Below are positions 28,516 through 37,836 of a DNA stretch of 64,000 bases, one piece after another (position 1 is the stretch's first letter; the number at the start of each line of letters is the position of its first letter). The position numbers and the translations under genes were made by a program. The DNA is from an uncultured Bacteroides sp. (GTDB taxonomy: Bacteria > Bacteroidota > Bacteroidia > Bacteroidales > UBA11471): the NCBI GenBank assembly GCA_963931635.1, contig OZ007034.1, positions 201,883-265,882 on the forward strand, in the 5' to 3' direction. The notes beneath the pieces are model-generated. The model was not told where the DNA came from, made no database searches, and was given only the letters and a program-made list of their open reading frames with translations.

Positions 28516-29134
28516 TTACATAAACCACCGAAAGCGAGAGCTTCGTAGGCATAAAAATGTTCTTTTTAGCAATTCCCATATAACGGCCGCAGTTCTTGCA
28601 GCGGTAATACTTGGAACAGGTATGCGCAAAACCCAGTCCAATGGCCCCCTCTATACTCCATCGTTTGTTGATGATGTGGTGATAACCATAGACGAGACCT
28701 CCTCCGTAGAGATTTCCCTGAAAACGATAACGTTGCAACTGATTCCAGATTCCAAACGGCAGGTGTATGTTACCTGCATTATAGTGCATATACAACAAAT
28801 GTGCTCCCACGAAATGTCCGCCGAAAGGAGCACATATCCAATAACGAGCCTCGGGTTGTACCGAAATATGTCGCCACTTCTTGTTGTCGCCAAATGTGAA
28901 AGGATTGTAACTAAGTGCCATGTCAAGAGTCCACTTAGGCGCAACACGGTATTCAAATTCCAAATTAGGAGACAAGGTTGCCCACCCCAAAGCATTGGTC
29001 TTTAAGGCCATATCCTGAGCCACAACTGTACCCGGAAAAAGCAACATACCCCATAGCACTATACTCCTCCCTTTGGGATAGAGCCTTTGAAAAACGTTCT
29101 CAATTATAAACTTCATTCTTGTAGCCATTTTCAT
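28508..29134 (-). CDS. DUF3575-family small outer-membrane beta-barrel protein
   Basis: After the signal peptide comes ALKTNALGWATLSPNLEFEYRVAPKWTLDMALSYNPF, with alternating aromatic beta-strand patterning typical of DUF3575. It is the first gene of the pilus-type operon. Confidence 0.65.
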   Translation of the reverse strand: MKMATRMKFIIENVFQRLYPKGRSIVLWGMLLFPGTVVAQDMALKTNALGWATLSPNLEFEYRVAPKWTLDMALSYNPFTFGDNKKWRHISVQPEARYWICAPFGGHFVGAHLLYMHYNAGNIHLPFGIWNQLQRYRFQGNLYGGGLVYGYHHIINKRWSIEGAIGLGFAHTCSKYYRCKNCGRYMGIAKKNIFMPTKLSLSVVYVID

Positions 29135-29546
29135 GACATCATATGGAAAGAATGACTCATTCTTACTTGCAAGGAAACGGCTATCCCAATCAAAAACTCA
29201 ACACCATTCAGAAAAGAAAAATAACAGAAATAATCAACGCAAACTCACTTTCATCTATACTATTCTACTACTATTCTTTCCTAATATACAACACAAAAAC
29301 TAACCATATCCTTTATTAATTATTCACTAAATATATTGCAAAGTTAATAATCTATTTCGATTAAAAAAATAGTTTATAAAGAAAATCGATAAAATTTAAT
29401 ATATAACAATATATCTGCAATATGTAAAATAAAATCTTACATCTGCAACCATACGGCTTTTAGTCAAAACAATTCATATACAGAAACATGATATGTCAGA
29501 CTTTGTTTTGTTCAAATATATGTTATTAAACACAATTTTGACAAAT

Positions 29547-29581
29547 AAAAAAAAGATTGATTATCTCACGATAACCAATCT
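29547..29581 (-). terminator. Strong intrinsic terminator on the minus strand inside the 840-bp control region
   Basis: The minus-strand RNA AGAUUGGUUAUC-GUGA-GAUAAUCAAUCU forms a 12-bp stem (one G.U) followed by U8 (plus-strand A8 at 29547-29554). It lies about 415 nt upstream of the operon start at 29134. Confidence 0.5.
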
Positions 29582-29950
29582 CCGTAACCTAAATTTAATA
29601 CCATGAAAAACACTGTTCTCAAATGTACATATTTATAACAAACAAACCAAAATTTGTTTGCTTAGAAGTTGTATTTTTTAACTATTTTAACAATCGGGAC
29701 AAGACTATAAGACATTTTTTCTTTCAATTTCATCTAAGAAAAGATGGAATATGACGCACAATCAATCATAGCATATTATAAATTAGATATTTGACACAGT
29801 TATAAAATATAAAAAATGCAAGAACATAAAAGTCCAGCTGTTGTGGAGCAGAAACAATCGACCTAAAACATGAGACCATGGAAAAATAGATGGCAATAAG
29901 TATTCGGCTATATTTTCTATCAAAAAGTCGCATTATCTCAATAAAAAATG

Positions 29951-29958
29951 TATTTTTG
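29951..29958 (+). promoter_or_regulatory. Bacteroidetes -7 box (TATTTTTG) for metF
   Basis: It matches TAnnTTTG and lies 17 nt upstream of the metF ATG. Confidence 0.35.
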
Positions 29959-29975
29959 CCCTAAAATGAAAAATA

Positions 29976-30926
29976 ATGAATGTTGCCGAAATAATTAAAA
30001 GCAGTCGACAAACAGCCTTCTCGTTTGAAGTCCTCCCCCCTCTGAAAGGGAACAGCATAAGCAAAGTTTTTGATACCATCGATGCGCTGCGCGAGTTCGA
30101 GCCCAAATACATCAATATCACCTCACACCGGAGCGAACTTATCTACAAGGCTACCGACAACGGCCTCTACCAGAGGGTATCGGAAAAGAGCCGCCCCGGC
30201 TCCGTAGCCGTAGCTGCCGCCATACAGTACAAGTATCATATACCGGCTGTTCCACACCTGATATGCAGCGGTTTTACCCGGAGTGAGACCGAGTATGCCC
30301 TTATCGACCTCAACTTTCTGGGCATTACCGACCTGCTCATACTGCGCGGCGACAAGGCCAAACACGAGGCCCGCTTCACCCCCTCGCCCGAGGGACACGC
30401 CCACGCCATCGACCTGCAACAACAGGTCAACCGCTTCAACGAGGGATACTTTCTCGACGGGTCGCACATGACCCTCACCTCGCCCTTCTCCTACGGTGTG
30501 GCCGGCTACCCCGAGAAACACGACGAGGCACCCAACCCCGAGACCGACCTGCGATACCTCAAAGCCAAAGTCGATGCCGGCGCCTCGTATGTGGTAACCC
30601 AAATGTTCTTCGACAACCAGAAGTACTTCGACTTTGTCAAGCGCTGCCGGGCCGAAGGCATCACCGTACCCATCGTACCGGGACTGAAACCCATTACCTC
30701 GACCCACCAACTGACGGTGCTGCCCAAGGTATTCCACGTCGACCTGCCCGAGCCATTGGCCCGAGCCCTGGCTGCCTGCCGCGACGACAACGCTGCCCGC
30801 GAGGTGGGCATAGAGTGGTGTACCGCCCAGGCTCAGGAGCTGAAACAGCAAGGCGTGCCCAGCATACACTTCTACTCGCTCATGGCCACCGAAAGCGTGC
30901 GGCGTGTAGCTGCGGCAGTATATTGA
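29976..30926 (+). CDS. metF: Methylenetetrahydrofolate reductase
   Basis: The 316-aa product is MetF-like along its full length (FSFEVLPPLKG..., ITSH, GYPEKH, VTQMFFD). Confidence 0.9.
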   Translation: MNVAEIIKSSRQTAFSFEVLPPLKGNSISKVFDTIDALREFEPKYINITSHRSELIYKATDNGLYQRVSEKSRPGSVAVAAAIQYKYHIPAVPHLICSGFTRSETEYALIDLNFLGITDLLILRGDKAKHEARFTPSPEGHAHAIDLQQQVNRFNEGYFLDGSHMTLTSPFSYGVAGYPEKHDEAPNPETDLRYLKAKVDAGASYVVTQMFFDNQKYFDFVKRCRAEGITVPIVPGLKPITSTHQLTVLPKVFHVDLPEPLARALAACRDDNAAREVGIEWCTAQAQELKQQGVPSIHFYSLMATESVRRVAAAVY

Positions 30927-31074
30927 GTTGTTTCACAGCTACGAAAGGAATTGATATCGGCCAGCTAGACTCAACTCAACTCACCTTTACACTACTCTAC
31001 TTACAGAAGGGAAAGAAACTTCTCCCATCACCCAAACCGAGCTCTCACGAGCAAGCGTCAAAAAATCGAAAGAT

Positions 31075-32214
31075 ATGTTTTTCAAAGATATCATCGGACA
31101 AGAGGAACTGAAACGCCGCCTCATCGACACGGTCAAGAGCGGACACATAGCTCATGCCCAACTCTTCGAGGGGAGCGACGGGGCCGGTGCTCTACCCTTG
31201 GCCATTGCCTATGCCCGCTACCTGCAATGCACCTGCCGCGGCGACAATGACGCCTGCGGCACTTGCCCCTCGTGCCGTCAGATATCGGCCCTGATGCAAC
31301 CCGACTTGCACTTCGTCTTTCCCATCGCCAACAAGAAACAGCGCAAAGAGCCCGTCTGCGACGACTACATTGCCGAATGGCGCGACTACCTGAAAGCCAC
31401 CCCCTACCCCTCGGCCGAGAGCTGGCAGCAGTTCCTGGCCACCGGAAACAGCCAGCCGCTCATCTATGTACACGAGGCACACGAAATCATACGCAAACTG
31501 ACGCTGAAAAGTTTTGAGTCGGAATACAAAATCATGATTATCTGGCAAGCCCACCTCATGAACGAGGCCTGTGCCAACGCCATACTGAAATTGCTCGAAG
31601 AGCCTTTTGACAAGACGCTGTTTCTGCTCGTGAGCGACCGTCCCGAAAAAATGCTTGAAACCATACGCTCACGCACCCAACGCATCAAGATTCCCCCACT
31701 TACCACCGATGCCATAGCAAATGCCCTTCAACAGCGCCACGGCCTCGACGCACAGACAGCCAATGCCGTAGCGCATGTCGCTGCCGGCGATTACCTGAAA
31801 GCTCTCGAAACCATACAGTTGAGCGAGGAACGGGAGCGTTTCTTCACCCTCTTTGTCGCCCTCATGCGGCAGGCCTATGCCCGACAGGTCAAAGAGCTTA
31901 AACGATGGAGTGAAGAGGTGGCGGCTTTGGGACGGGAAAGCGAGAAACGATTTATCGGATACTGCCAGCAGATGTTACGCGAAAGTTTCATTTACAACCA
32001 ACATCGTCCGGAGCTGAACTATACCCGTCCCGAAGAGAGTCAGTTCCTCTCCCGCTTTGCACCGTTTATCAACGGGGCCAACATTGAAGAGCTGTGCGAA
32101 CTCTTCCGCCTGGCCGAACGTGATATTGCCCAAAACGCCAACGGGAAAATCGTCTTCTTCGACGTGGCCGTACAGGTCATCATACTCATACGCAAAGGCA
32201 ATCAACCGGCCTGA
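31075..32214 (+). CDS. holB: DNA polymerase III subunit delta-prime
   Basis: Matches include IIGQEELKRRLIDTVKSGHIAHAQLFEG, a degenerate P-loop, the zinc module CGTCPSCRQ, and the SRT(Q)-type sensor IRSRTQRIKIPP. Confidence 0.8.
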   Translation: MFFKDIIGQEELKRRLIDTVKSGHIAHAQLFEGSDGAGALPLAIAYARYLQCTCRGDNDACGTCPSCRQISALMQPDLHFVFPIANKKQRKEPVCDDYIAEWRDYLKATPYPSAESWQQFLATGNSQPLIYVHEAHEIIRKLTLKSFESEYKIMIIWQAHLMNEACANAILKLLEEPFDKTLFLLVSDRPEKMLETIRSRTQRIKIPPLTTDAIANALQQRHGLDAQTANAVAHVAAGDYLKALETIQLSEERERFFTLFVALMRQAYARQVKELKRWSEEVAALGRESEKRFIGYCQQMLRESFIYNQHRPELNYTRPEESQFLSRFAPFINGANIEELCELFRLAERDIAQNANGKIVFFDVAVQVIILIRKGNQPA

Positions 32215-32306
32215 TATCATTGAACCGCTTCCAAACGCCTGATAAAGGGTCGGAAGATACGTCATAAAAATTTTCTCGAAAGACATAATTTCTCCCCAAA
32301 AGTTAT

Positions 32307-32314
32307 TACCTTTG
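32307..32314 (+). promoter_or_regulatory. Candidate -7 box (TACCTTTG) upstream of ssrA
   Basis: It matches TAnnTTTG about 87 nt upstream of the mature tmRNA 5' end, which would imply a processed leader. Confidence 0.3.
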
Positions 32315-32400
32315 TCATCCTGCTTCTACGAAAGGGGCACGGCCAGTGGCGGTACCTGTACTATTGGGAGGCAGGAGACATACCTCACACATCTCACCAT

Positions 32401-32795
32401 GGGGGTGACCGGTTTTGACAGCGGGTAGAAAGGGTATGTAAGCATGCAGAGCTTCGTTGCCTGGCTCTATAATCTCAGACATCAAAAATTTAACTGGCGA
32501 AAACAACTACGCTCTCGCTGCTTAATCGAAGTACAGTAGGTTAGCTTTATTCCGGCAACAGTTGCCGGAACGAGACATCACCCGGTTGCTGTGGTTCCGA
32601 AGCGTACCGAACAGGTGGTGCAAGAATATCGGAAATAGCGGAAGTCTCGCCCCGGGGCGACCGTGAAATCTTAGGGGCTAAGGCGCGTATTGGTGGCTCC
32701 GGTCTTGTGCGCGCCCGACAATCGAAGCGGAGATAAGCATGTAGAAAGCATATTGTTTCCTCGTTTGGACGAGAGTTCGAATCTCTCCACCTCCA
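32401..32795 (+). ncRNA. ssrA: tmRNA (transfer-messenger RNA)
   Basis: The 5' GGGGGTG pairs with the 3' CACCTCC and includes a G3.U pair. The T-arm is GAGAGTTCGAATCTCTC. The tag reading frame at 32496-32525 is GGC GAA AAC AAC TAC GCT CTC GCT GCT TAA, giving GENNYALAA*. The 5' GGGGGTGACCGGTTTTGACAGCGGG is typical of Bacteroidetes tmRNA. The CCA end is not encoded. Confidence 0.92.
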
Positions 32796-32800
32796 CACGA

Positions 32801-32846
32801 CACGGGCCAGGGAATCAAGAAAATTCCTGGCCCGTGTTTTCTTTTT
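32801..32846 (+). terminator. Rho-independent terminator of ssrA
   Basis: A ~14-bp stem CACGGGCCAGG(G)AAT / ATTCCTGGCCCGTG is followed by TTTTCTTTTT. Confidence 0.65.
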
Positions 32847-32896
32847 AATAGGCCGGCTCTCCATGCAGCGGCAATGCCGGAGCAGTCTGGCACAAC

Positions 32897-33829
32897 TCAG
32901 AAAGGAGCCTTGCGGTAGGCCTGTGGCGAGACACCGGTGTGTTCACGGAAATACTTTCCAAAGAAACTCTGGCATGAAAAGTGCAGATAGTCGCTGATTT
33001 CCTGCACGGTCATGGTGGTATTGAGCAGACAACGCTTTGCTTCACACAATACATATTCGGCAATGATATCGCGGGCATATCTTCCTCCGGCCTCGTACAC
33101 TATCGTAGAAAGATACTTGGGCGTAAGACACATCTTATCGGCATAAAAAGAGACTTTACGATGCTCCTTGTAATTCTCCGATACCAAACGCGTAAACTGC
33201 TTCAGCAATTCATTCTGTCGGGAAGGAGCTTGGACTTCGGCCGAAGAACCATCGGAAAGGAAATCGGAACACAGGTAATAAAACATGATGTGCGTAAAAC
33301 TCTTCACAATGTTGTCCTTGTAAGAGAGGGCCTCATCGTCGAGCGTCTCACGCATCAGGTCGTACAGTTGGGGTATGAACCGGGCTATTTTTTCTCGCAT
33401 CTTGAAATTGCGTCGGTTATCGATTTTTGTCTTGAACGACATCAAGAGCAACGGACTATCAATGCCGTGCATCATATACCCGCCGGCTCGACTTACAATC
33501 ACAAACCAACGAGCATCGGCCGAGATATCATACGCCCGATAATAATCATCTTCAAGTACGCAGCACACGTCACCAGCCTGTAAAATACATTCACGACGAT
33601 TGACTTCAAGGCACATCGAACCTTGGAGCATATAACAGAACATTCCTGCACTCCTACTCTTAAAACAGATGTCATCTTCTGAGCCATATTTCAAAACCAG
33701 AGCTTTTCTCACTTTCAGATAATCGCTGTAATCGAAGTCAAATAAAGCCAATTCTTCATTAGAGCTTACTCGGATATCAAGACCATTTACGACATCAAAA
33801 AAAGAGACCTCTCGCTTGTATTTACTCAT
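32897..33829 (-). CDS. AraC/XylS-family transcriptional regulator
   Basis: The C-terminal double HTH is LTPKYLSTIVYEAGGRYARDIIAEYVLCEAKRCLLNTTMTVQEISDYLHFSCQSFFGKYFREHTGVSPQAYR. The N-terminus is a cupin-like sensor domain. The ATG at 33829 is preferred. Confidence 0.8.
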   Translation of the reverse strand: MSKYKREVSFFDVVNGLDIRVSSNEELALFDFDYSDYLKVRKALVLKYGSEDDICFKSRSAGMFCYMLQGSMCLEVNRRECILQAGDVCCVLEDDYYRAYDISADARWFVIVSRAGGYMMHGIDSPLLLMSFKTKIDNRRNFKMREKIARFIPQLYDLMRETLDDEALSYKDNIVKSFTHIMFYYLCSDFLSDGSSAEVQAPSRQNELLKQFTRLVSENYKEHRKVSFYADKMCLTPKYLSTIVYEAGGRYARDIIAEYVLCEAKRCLLNTTMTVQEISDYLHFSCQSFFGKYFREHTGVSPQAYRKAPF

Positions 33830-33845
33830 AACCTTATTTTTTGCA

Positions 33846-33853
33846 CAAATATA
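33846..33853 (-). promoter_or_regulatory. Candidate -7 box (TATATTTG on minus strand) for the AraC-family gene
   Basis: The plus strand reads CAAATATA, 16 nt upstream of the ATG. It sits in the right arm of a 14-bp inverted repeat (33849-33862 / 33887-33900) that follows cydB. Confidence 0.3.
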
Positions 33854-33930
33854 TACGAAAAGCCCCATTGCGTCTCCGCAACAGGACTTTTCGTATATAT
33901 ATTATTCCTTTTATCTCAGCCGAAGCCAAT

Positions 33931-35085
33931 TTAGTAGAGATGATCTTCCCCCTTGATTTCGTCGGTAGTGATAGACTTGCGATCCATGGCCCGCCACGCC
34001 CAGAAAATATAAGCCAAGACAAAAGGTATGAGTAGCGAAACAAGACTCATAACTTCCAGCGTAAAGAGGCTCGACGAGCTATTGTAAATCGTCAACGAAC
34101 TCTGACTATCGACCGTCGACGGATAATAGGGTGTATTGTTATAGCCGGCAATGAAAAAAAGGCTTAACACCACCAAGACTGTACCGGCTCCACTATACCA
34201 GATGCCATGAATCCAGCGTTGCCCAAAAGCTGTCCGCACTATGGCATAAAGCACACCCACCACACCTAGCAGAAAAAGTGCCATCGCCCACGGCATCTCG
34301 ACCATGTTGTAAAAATACTTGTAGGAGCGCATCGAAATCTCACCAGAAGCAGGGTCGAGCTGGTAACCGTCCGAAGCCAGAGTTGTTCCAACGAAAACAA
34401 GGAAAAGCACCACAAAAGGCACCGCATTGTACAGCAGTTGCCTGCGTGCCCGGGCATATATCGTTTCATCGTCGATGTTATTGATAAAATAGAGAAGTGC
34501 CTGCACACGTGCCAGGAAAAAGAGGGTTACGCCCAAGAGCAGATTACGCCAGTTGGCAACGGCTTCGAGACCGTGCCACGGATTCTGCCAAGTCGAAATG
34601 ATCGGCATCGCAAGGTCGTCGTAGAGTTGTGCTTTATCGACACGGAAGTCGGCACCGGTAAAGAATGTACCTACGGCCACACCGAGGAGCACCACCCCTA
34701 CTACTCCGTTGATGAGCAAGAAAGTGTCGTAGACACTCCTGCCGAGAAGGTTGCCTTTTTTTGAACGGTACTCATACGAGACAGCCTGTATGATGAAGCT
34801 GAACAAGATGGCCATCCACAACCAATAAGCTCCGCCGAAACTGGTGGAATAAAAGAGCGGAAACGATGCAAAAAAGGCTCCGCCGAAAACAACCAGCGTA
34901 GTAAATGTGTATTCCCATTTGCGGCCCAACGAATTAACAAGCAATGTACGCTCCTCCGATGTTCGAGCCAGAGAAGAGAGAAGTGTCTGTCCGCCCTGCA
35001 CAAACAACAGGAACACCAGCAACGCGCCCAACAGGGATATCAGAAACCACCAATAGTGTTGATAAAAAATTTCGTTCAGTTCCAT
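33931..35085 (-). CDS. cydB: Cytochrome bd ubiquinol oxidase subunit II
   Basis: A 384-aa polytopic membrane protein lies immediately downstream of cydA, and its sequence is CydB-like throughout. Confidence 0.9.
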   Translation of the reverse strand: MELNEIFYQHYWWFLISLLGALLVFLLFVQGGQTLLSSLARTSEERTLLVNSLGRKWEYTFTTLVVFGGAFFASFPLFYSTSFGGAYWLWMAILFSFIIQAVSYEYRSKKGNLLGRSVYDTFLLINGVVGVVLLGVAVGTFFTGADFRVDKAQLYDDLAMPIISTWQNPWHGLEAVANWRNLLLGVTLFFLARVQALLYFINNIDDETIYARARRQLLYNAVPFVVLFLVFVGTTLASDGYQLDPASGEISMRSYKYFYNMVEMPWAMALFLLGVVGVLYAIVRTAFGQRWIHGIWYSGAGTVLVVLSLFFIAGYNNTPYYPSTVDSQSSLTIYNSSSSLFTLEVMSLVSLLIPFVLAYIFWAWRAMDRKSITTDEIKGEDHLY

Positions 35086-35087
35086 AG

Positions 35088-36650
35088 TCAGAGGTTATTT
35101 TTTTCGGTTCCTTTTTTGATTTGTTTCAACATGATTCCAATCTCGGCCACCAGCAGCACCGTGAAAATCGCAGCAAAAAGCCAGAAAGTTGTCTGCACGG
35201 CCGCCGTCTCTATGCGCGATACCGCTGCAAAGGTGGGCATGATATCCTGTATAACCCAGGGCTGACGGCCCATCTCGGCCACTATCCAACCCGATTCGAG
35301 GCAAAGATAACCCAGCGGCAAGGAGAAGAGTGCTATCCACAGCAACCAGGAACAGGAGGCAAGCCGTTTACGATAAGAAAGTATCAGCACGACGACAAAA
35401 AGCAGCAGGAAATACCCTCCCAGCAACACCATGATGTGGAACGAGTAAAAGACCAGCGGCACATGGGGTACCAATTGTGAAAGGTCGGTGACATAACCAT
35501 AGCCGAAATAGGGATAATTCTCGCGAAGCACCTCGGCAGCCTCGGCAACTGCCGGCTCATCGCCAGCCTTACGGGCCTCCCGATAATCGGCCAAAGCCTG
35601 TATGGCCAGCCGGCCGCGGGCTATGCGCTCCTCGGCCGAGAGAGCCACCGTTGTATCGCCATCGGCCGACACCTCCTCATATCCACCCCGCATGATATCG
35701 GCAATACCGGGCACATAACCATCGGCCTGACGGGTAGCCAAAGCCGAAAGCAACTTGGGTATCTCTATCTTGAAGAGGAACGGGTCGACACCATCGCTGT
35801 AAGACTCTTTTGCCGGATTGAGCACCCCAACAGCTACCAACCCTTGTCCACGGCCCCCTTCGTAAAGGCCCTCCATGGCAGCCAACTTCATGGGCTGGGT
35901 TTTCCCGGCCCAATAAGCCGACCCGTCGCCGGTATGCATCACCAGCAATATTCCGGCCAGGCCCACCCAGCTGGCAACCTTTATACTGTTACGAGAGAGG
36001 AAGTCCTCCCGTTTTTTCAACAAATACCACGACGAAATAGAAATGACGAATATTGCCCCGAGCACCCAACCGGCCGTTACCGAATGGAGGAACTTATTGA
36101 TGGCCACGGGCGACAATGCAACCGCCCAGAAGTCGACCATCTCGTTGCGCACGCTATCGGGGTTGAACTGCATTCCCGTGGGATATTGCATCCATGCGTT
36201 GGCCACCAAAATCCACAAGGCCGACAGTGCGGCACCGATGGCCGTAAGCCATGTGGCCGCCAAATGAGCTCGCGGACTCACCTTGTTCCATCCAAAGAAC
36301 ATGATGGCCACAAAAGTGGCCTCCATAAAGAAGGCCATGATGCCTTCGATAGCCAGAGGAGCACCGAAAATATCGCCCACAAACCAACTGTAATTGGACC
36401 AGTTGGTTCCGAACTGAAATTCAAGAATGATGCCCGTGGCAATACCCAGCGCAAAATTCACGCCGAAGAGATTCATCCAATATTTGGTAGTCTGCTTCCA
36501 TCGCTCATCTCGCGTACGATAATAGATGGTTTCCATACAGGAAACGATAAGGCCAAGACCCAGTGTCAACGGGACAAACAGCCAATGATACATTGCCGTG
36601 AGTGCAAATTGCGCTCGCGACCAATCGACAAGAGAATACAAATCGCTCAT
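35088..36650 (-). CDS. cydA: Cytochrome bd ubiquinol oxidase subunit I
   Basis: A 520-aa product with a CydA-like N-terminus (ALTAMYHWLFVPLTLG), Q-loop region and the GWIVAEMGRQPW motif. Confidence 0.9.
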   Translation of the reverse strand: MSDLYSLVDWSRAQFALTAMYHWLFVPLTLGLGLIVSCMETIYYRTRDERWKQTTKYWMNLFGVNFALGIATGIILEFQFGTNWSNYSWFVGDIFGAPLAIEGIMAFFMEATFVAIMFFGWNKVSPRAHLAATWLTAIGAALSALWILVANAWMQYPTGMQFNPDSVRNEMVDFWAVALSPVAINKFLHSVTAGWVLGAIFVISISSWYLLKKREDFLSRNSIKVASWVGLAGILLVMHTGDGSAYWAGKTQPMKLAAMEGLYEGGRGQGLVAVGVLNPAKESYSDGVDPFLFKIEIPKLLSALATRQADGYVPGIADIMRGGYEEVSADGDTTVALSAEERIARGRLAIQALADYREARKAGDEPAVAEAAEVLRENYPYFGYGYVTDLSQLVPHVPLVFYSFHIMVLLGGYFLLLFVVVLILSYRKRLASCSWLLWIALFSLPLGYLCLESGWIVAEMGRQPWVIQDIMPTFAAVSRIETAAVQTTFWLFAAIFTVLLVAEIGIMLKQIKKGTEKNNL

Positions 36651-36673
36651 AATATCAAAGAAGATAGGTTTGG

Positions 36674-36910
36674 TTAATGAAAATCGGTCAGTTCCACAGA
36701 GACATGCTCAGCACGTTCACCATCTGTGTCATAACGTGTATTCAACAGATTGGGAAAGAAAAACAATTTAAGTACCACAAAAAAGAGAAAAAGTTTGAGG
36801 AGTATAATTATCCACAACGTCTTTCCCAGCGTCATCTCTCTGAAACCGTCGTAGTAGAAATAAAAAATTTTCTGCCAAAGGTTCTTTCCTCGTATTTTCT
36901 CAGAAGTCAT
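36674..36910 (-). CDS. Small membrane protein upstream of cydAB (DUF4492-like)
   Basis: The 78-aa product MTSEKIRGKNLWQKIFYFYYDGFREMTLGKTLWIIILLKLFLFFVVLKLFFFP has one TM helix. It holds the conserved position in front of cydA in Bacteroidetes. The ATG at 36910 is preferred. Confidence 0.6.
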   Translation of the reverse strand: MTSEKIRGKNLWQKIFYFYYDGFREMTLGKTLWIIILLKLFLFFVVLKLFFFPNLLNTRYDTDGERAEHVSVELTDFH

Positions 36911-37080
36911 ATTGCAAAAATGCTTTTGCGCAAATATAAGTAAAGGCTCGTGCCGAGCCAAAGGAAAAACAAGAATTTCGTGCCGAACGTCGTCGAATCG
37001 ACGTTCATATTCACCTGATGAATTAAAAAGATATGGTCAGTTACAAAGATATTGTTTTATCTTCTGCCACCGAAATCCTT

Positions 37081-37131
37081 CCACAAAACGAGGACAGGCC
37101 GCCCGCACATGTAACGGGCCGGCCTGTCCTC
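37081..37131 (-). terminator. Terminator hairpin downstream of the ferritin-like gene
   Basis: An extended GC-rich stem GAGGACAGGCCGCCCG / CGGGCCGGCCTGTCCTC is followed on the minus strand by GTTTTGTGG. Confidence 0.5.
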
Positions 37132-37169
37132 GCTCCGATCTGTCGACAAGGGGCAACTCTGGCAACGGT

Positions 37170-37682
37170 TCACACCGGCATGGCTACCAACGACTCACGG
37201 AACACACGTATATCGTTGAGCCATGATTCAAGGTCGGTCTCGTGCTCGACCTCATCGGCCAGAATCTGCGTAGCCAGCGAGAAGGTGGTAAAATCTTTCC
37301 CGTCGGTGAGCCGGGCGAGCGTTTCATACCGATGTATGGCACAACGTTCCGAGGCAAGATTCTGTTTCAGAATCGACTCGATATAGGCATCGACCGGTGC
37401 TTCGTACTTGCATTTCGACAGGAGGGGCCAGTCTTCGGGCGAGAGCACCGGCGTACCGTCCAGTTCGATAATGCGCCGGGCCAACATCTCGGCATGGCGC
37501 AATTCCTCATCGGCGTGCTTGTAGAGTTCCTTTTCGATTTCGCCGTGCATGGGGCCACTCATCACCCGGGCACCAATCCAGTACTGGTAATAGGCCAGCC
37601 ACTCCTCCGAGAGGGCCTGATTGAGTGTCTCGACCAATTTTTTCACTTCCAAATCGACAATTTCAATCGCTTTCTTTCCCAT
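37170..37682 (-). CDS. Ferritin-like / Dps-like (bacterioferritin-related) protein
   Basis: The 170-aa product is a four-helix ferritin-like protein with di-iron ligand pattern E...ELRHAE...E..H (KHADEELRHAEML, ADEVEHETDL). The ATG at 37682 is preferred. Confidence 0.75.
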   Translation of the reverse strand: MGKKAIEIVDLEVKKLVETLNQALSEEWLAYYQYWIGARVMSGPMHGEIEKELYKHADEELRHAEMLARRIIELDGTPVLSPEDWPLLSKCKYEAPVDAYIESILKQNLASERCAIHRYETLARLTDGKDFTTFSLATQILADEVEHETDLESWLNDIRVFRESLVAMPV

Positions 37683-37836
37683 AATTTTATGTTTTGATTT
37701 ATATATAGAAATCAACAACTCCGACACAAAAAGGTTCTCTCAAAAATAATCGGAACATTTTTCACTTGTTAACGGTAAAAAATTTTTGAAATTCCGCCAA
37801 ATATTTATATCTTGTAAGGCATATAATATCACCGAT

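Noticed and set aside
29135-29975. Invertible (phase-variable) promoter controlling the pilus-type operon.
   Set aside because: I found no pair of long inverted repeats flanking a promoter-sized segment and no site-specific recombinase nearby. Only short local palindromes and the terminator hairpin are present. This was a search by eye and is not exhaustive.
32315-32893. Three minus-strand ORFs (32315-32506, 32547-32864, 32678-32893).
   Set aside because: They overlap the confidently identified plus-strand tmRNA gene and its terminator.
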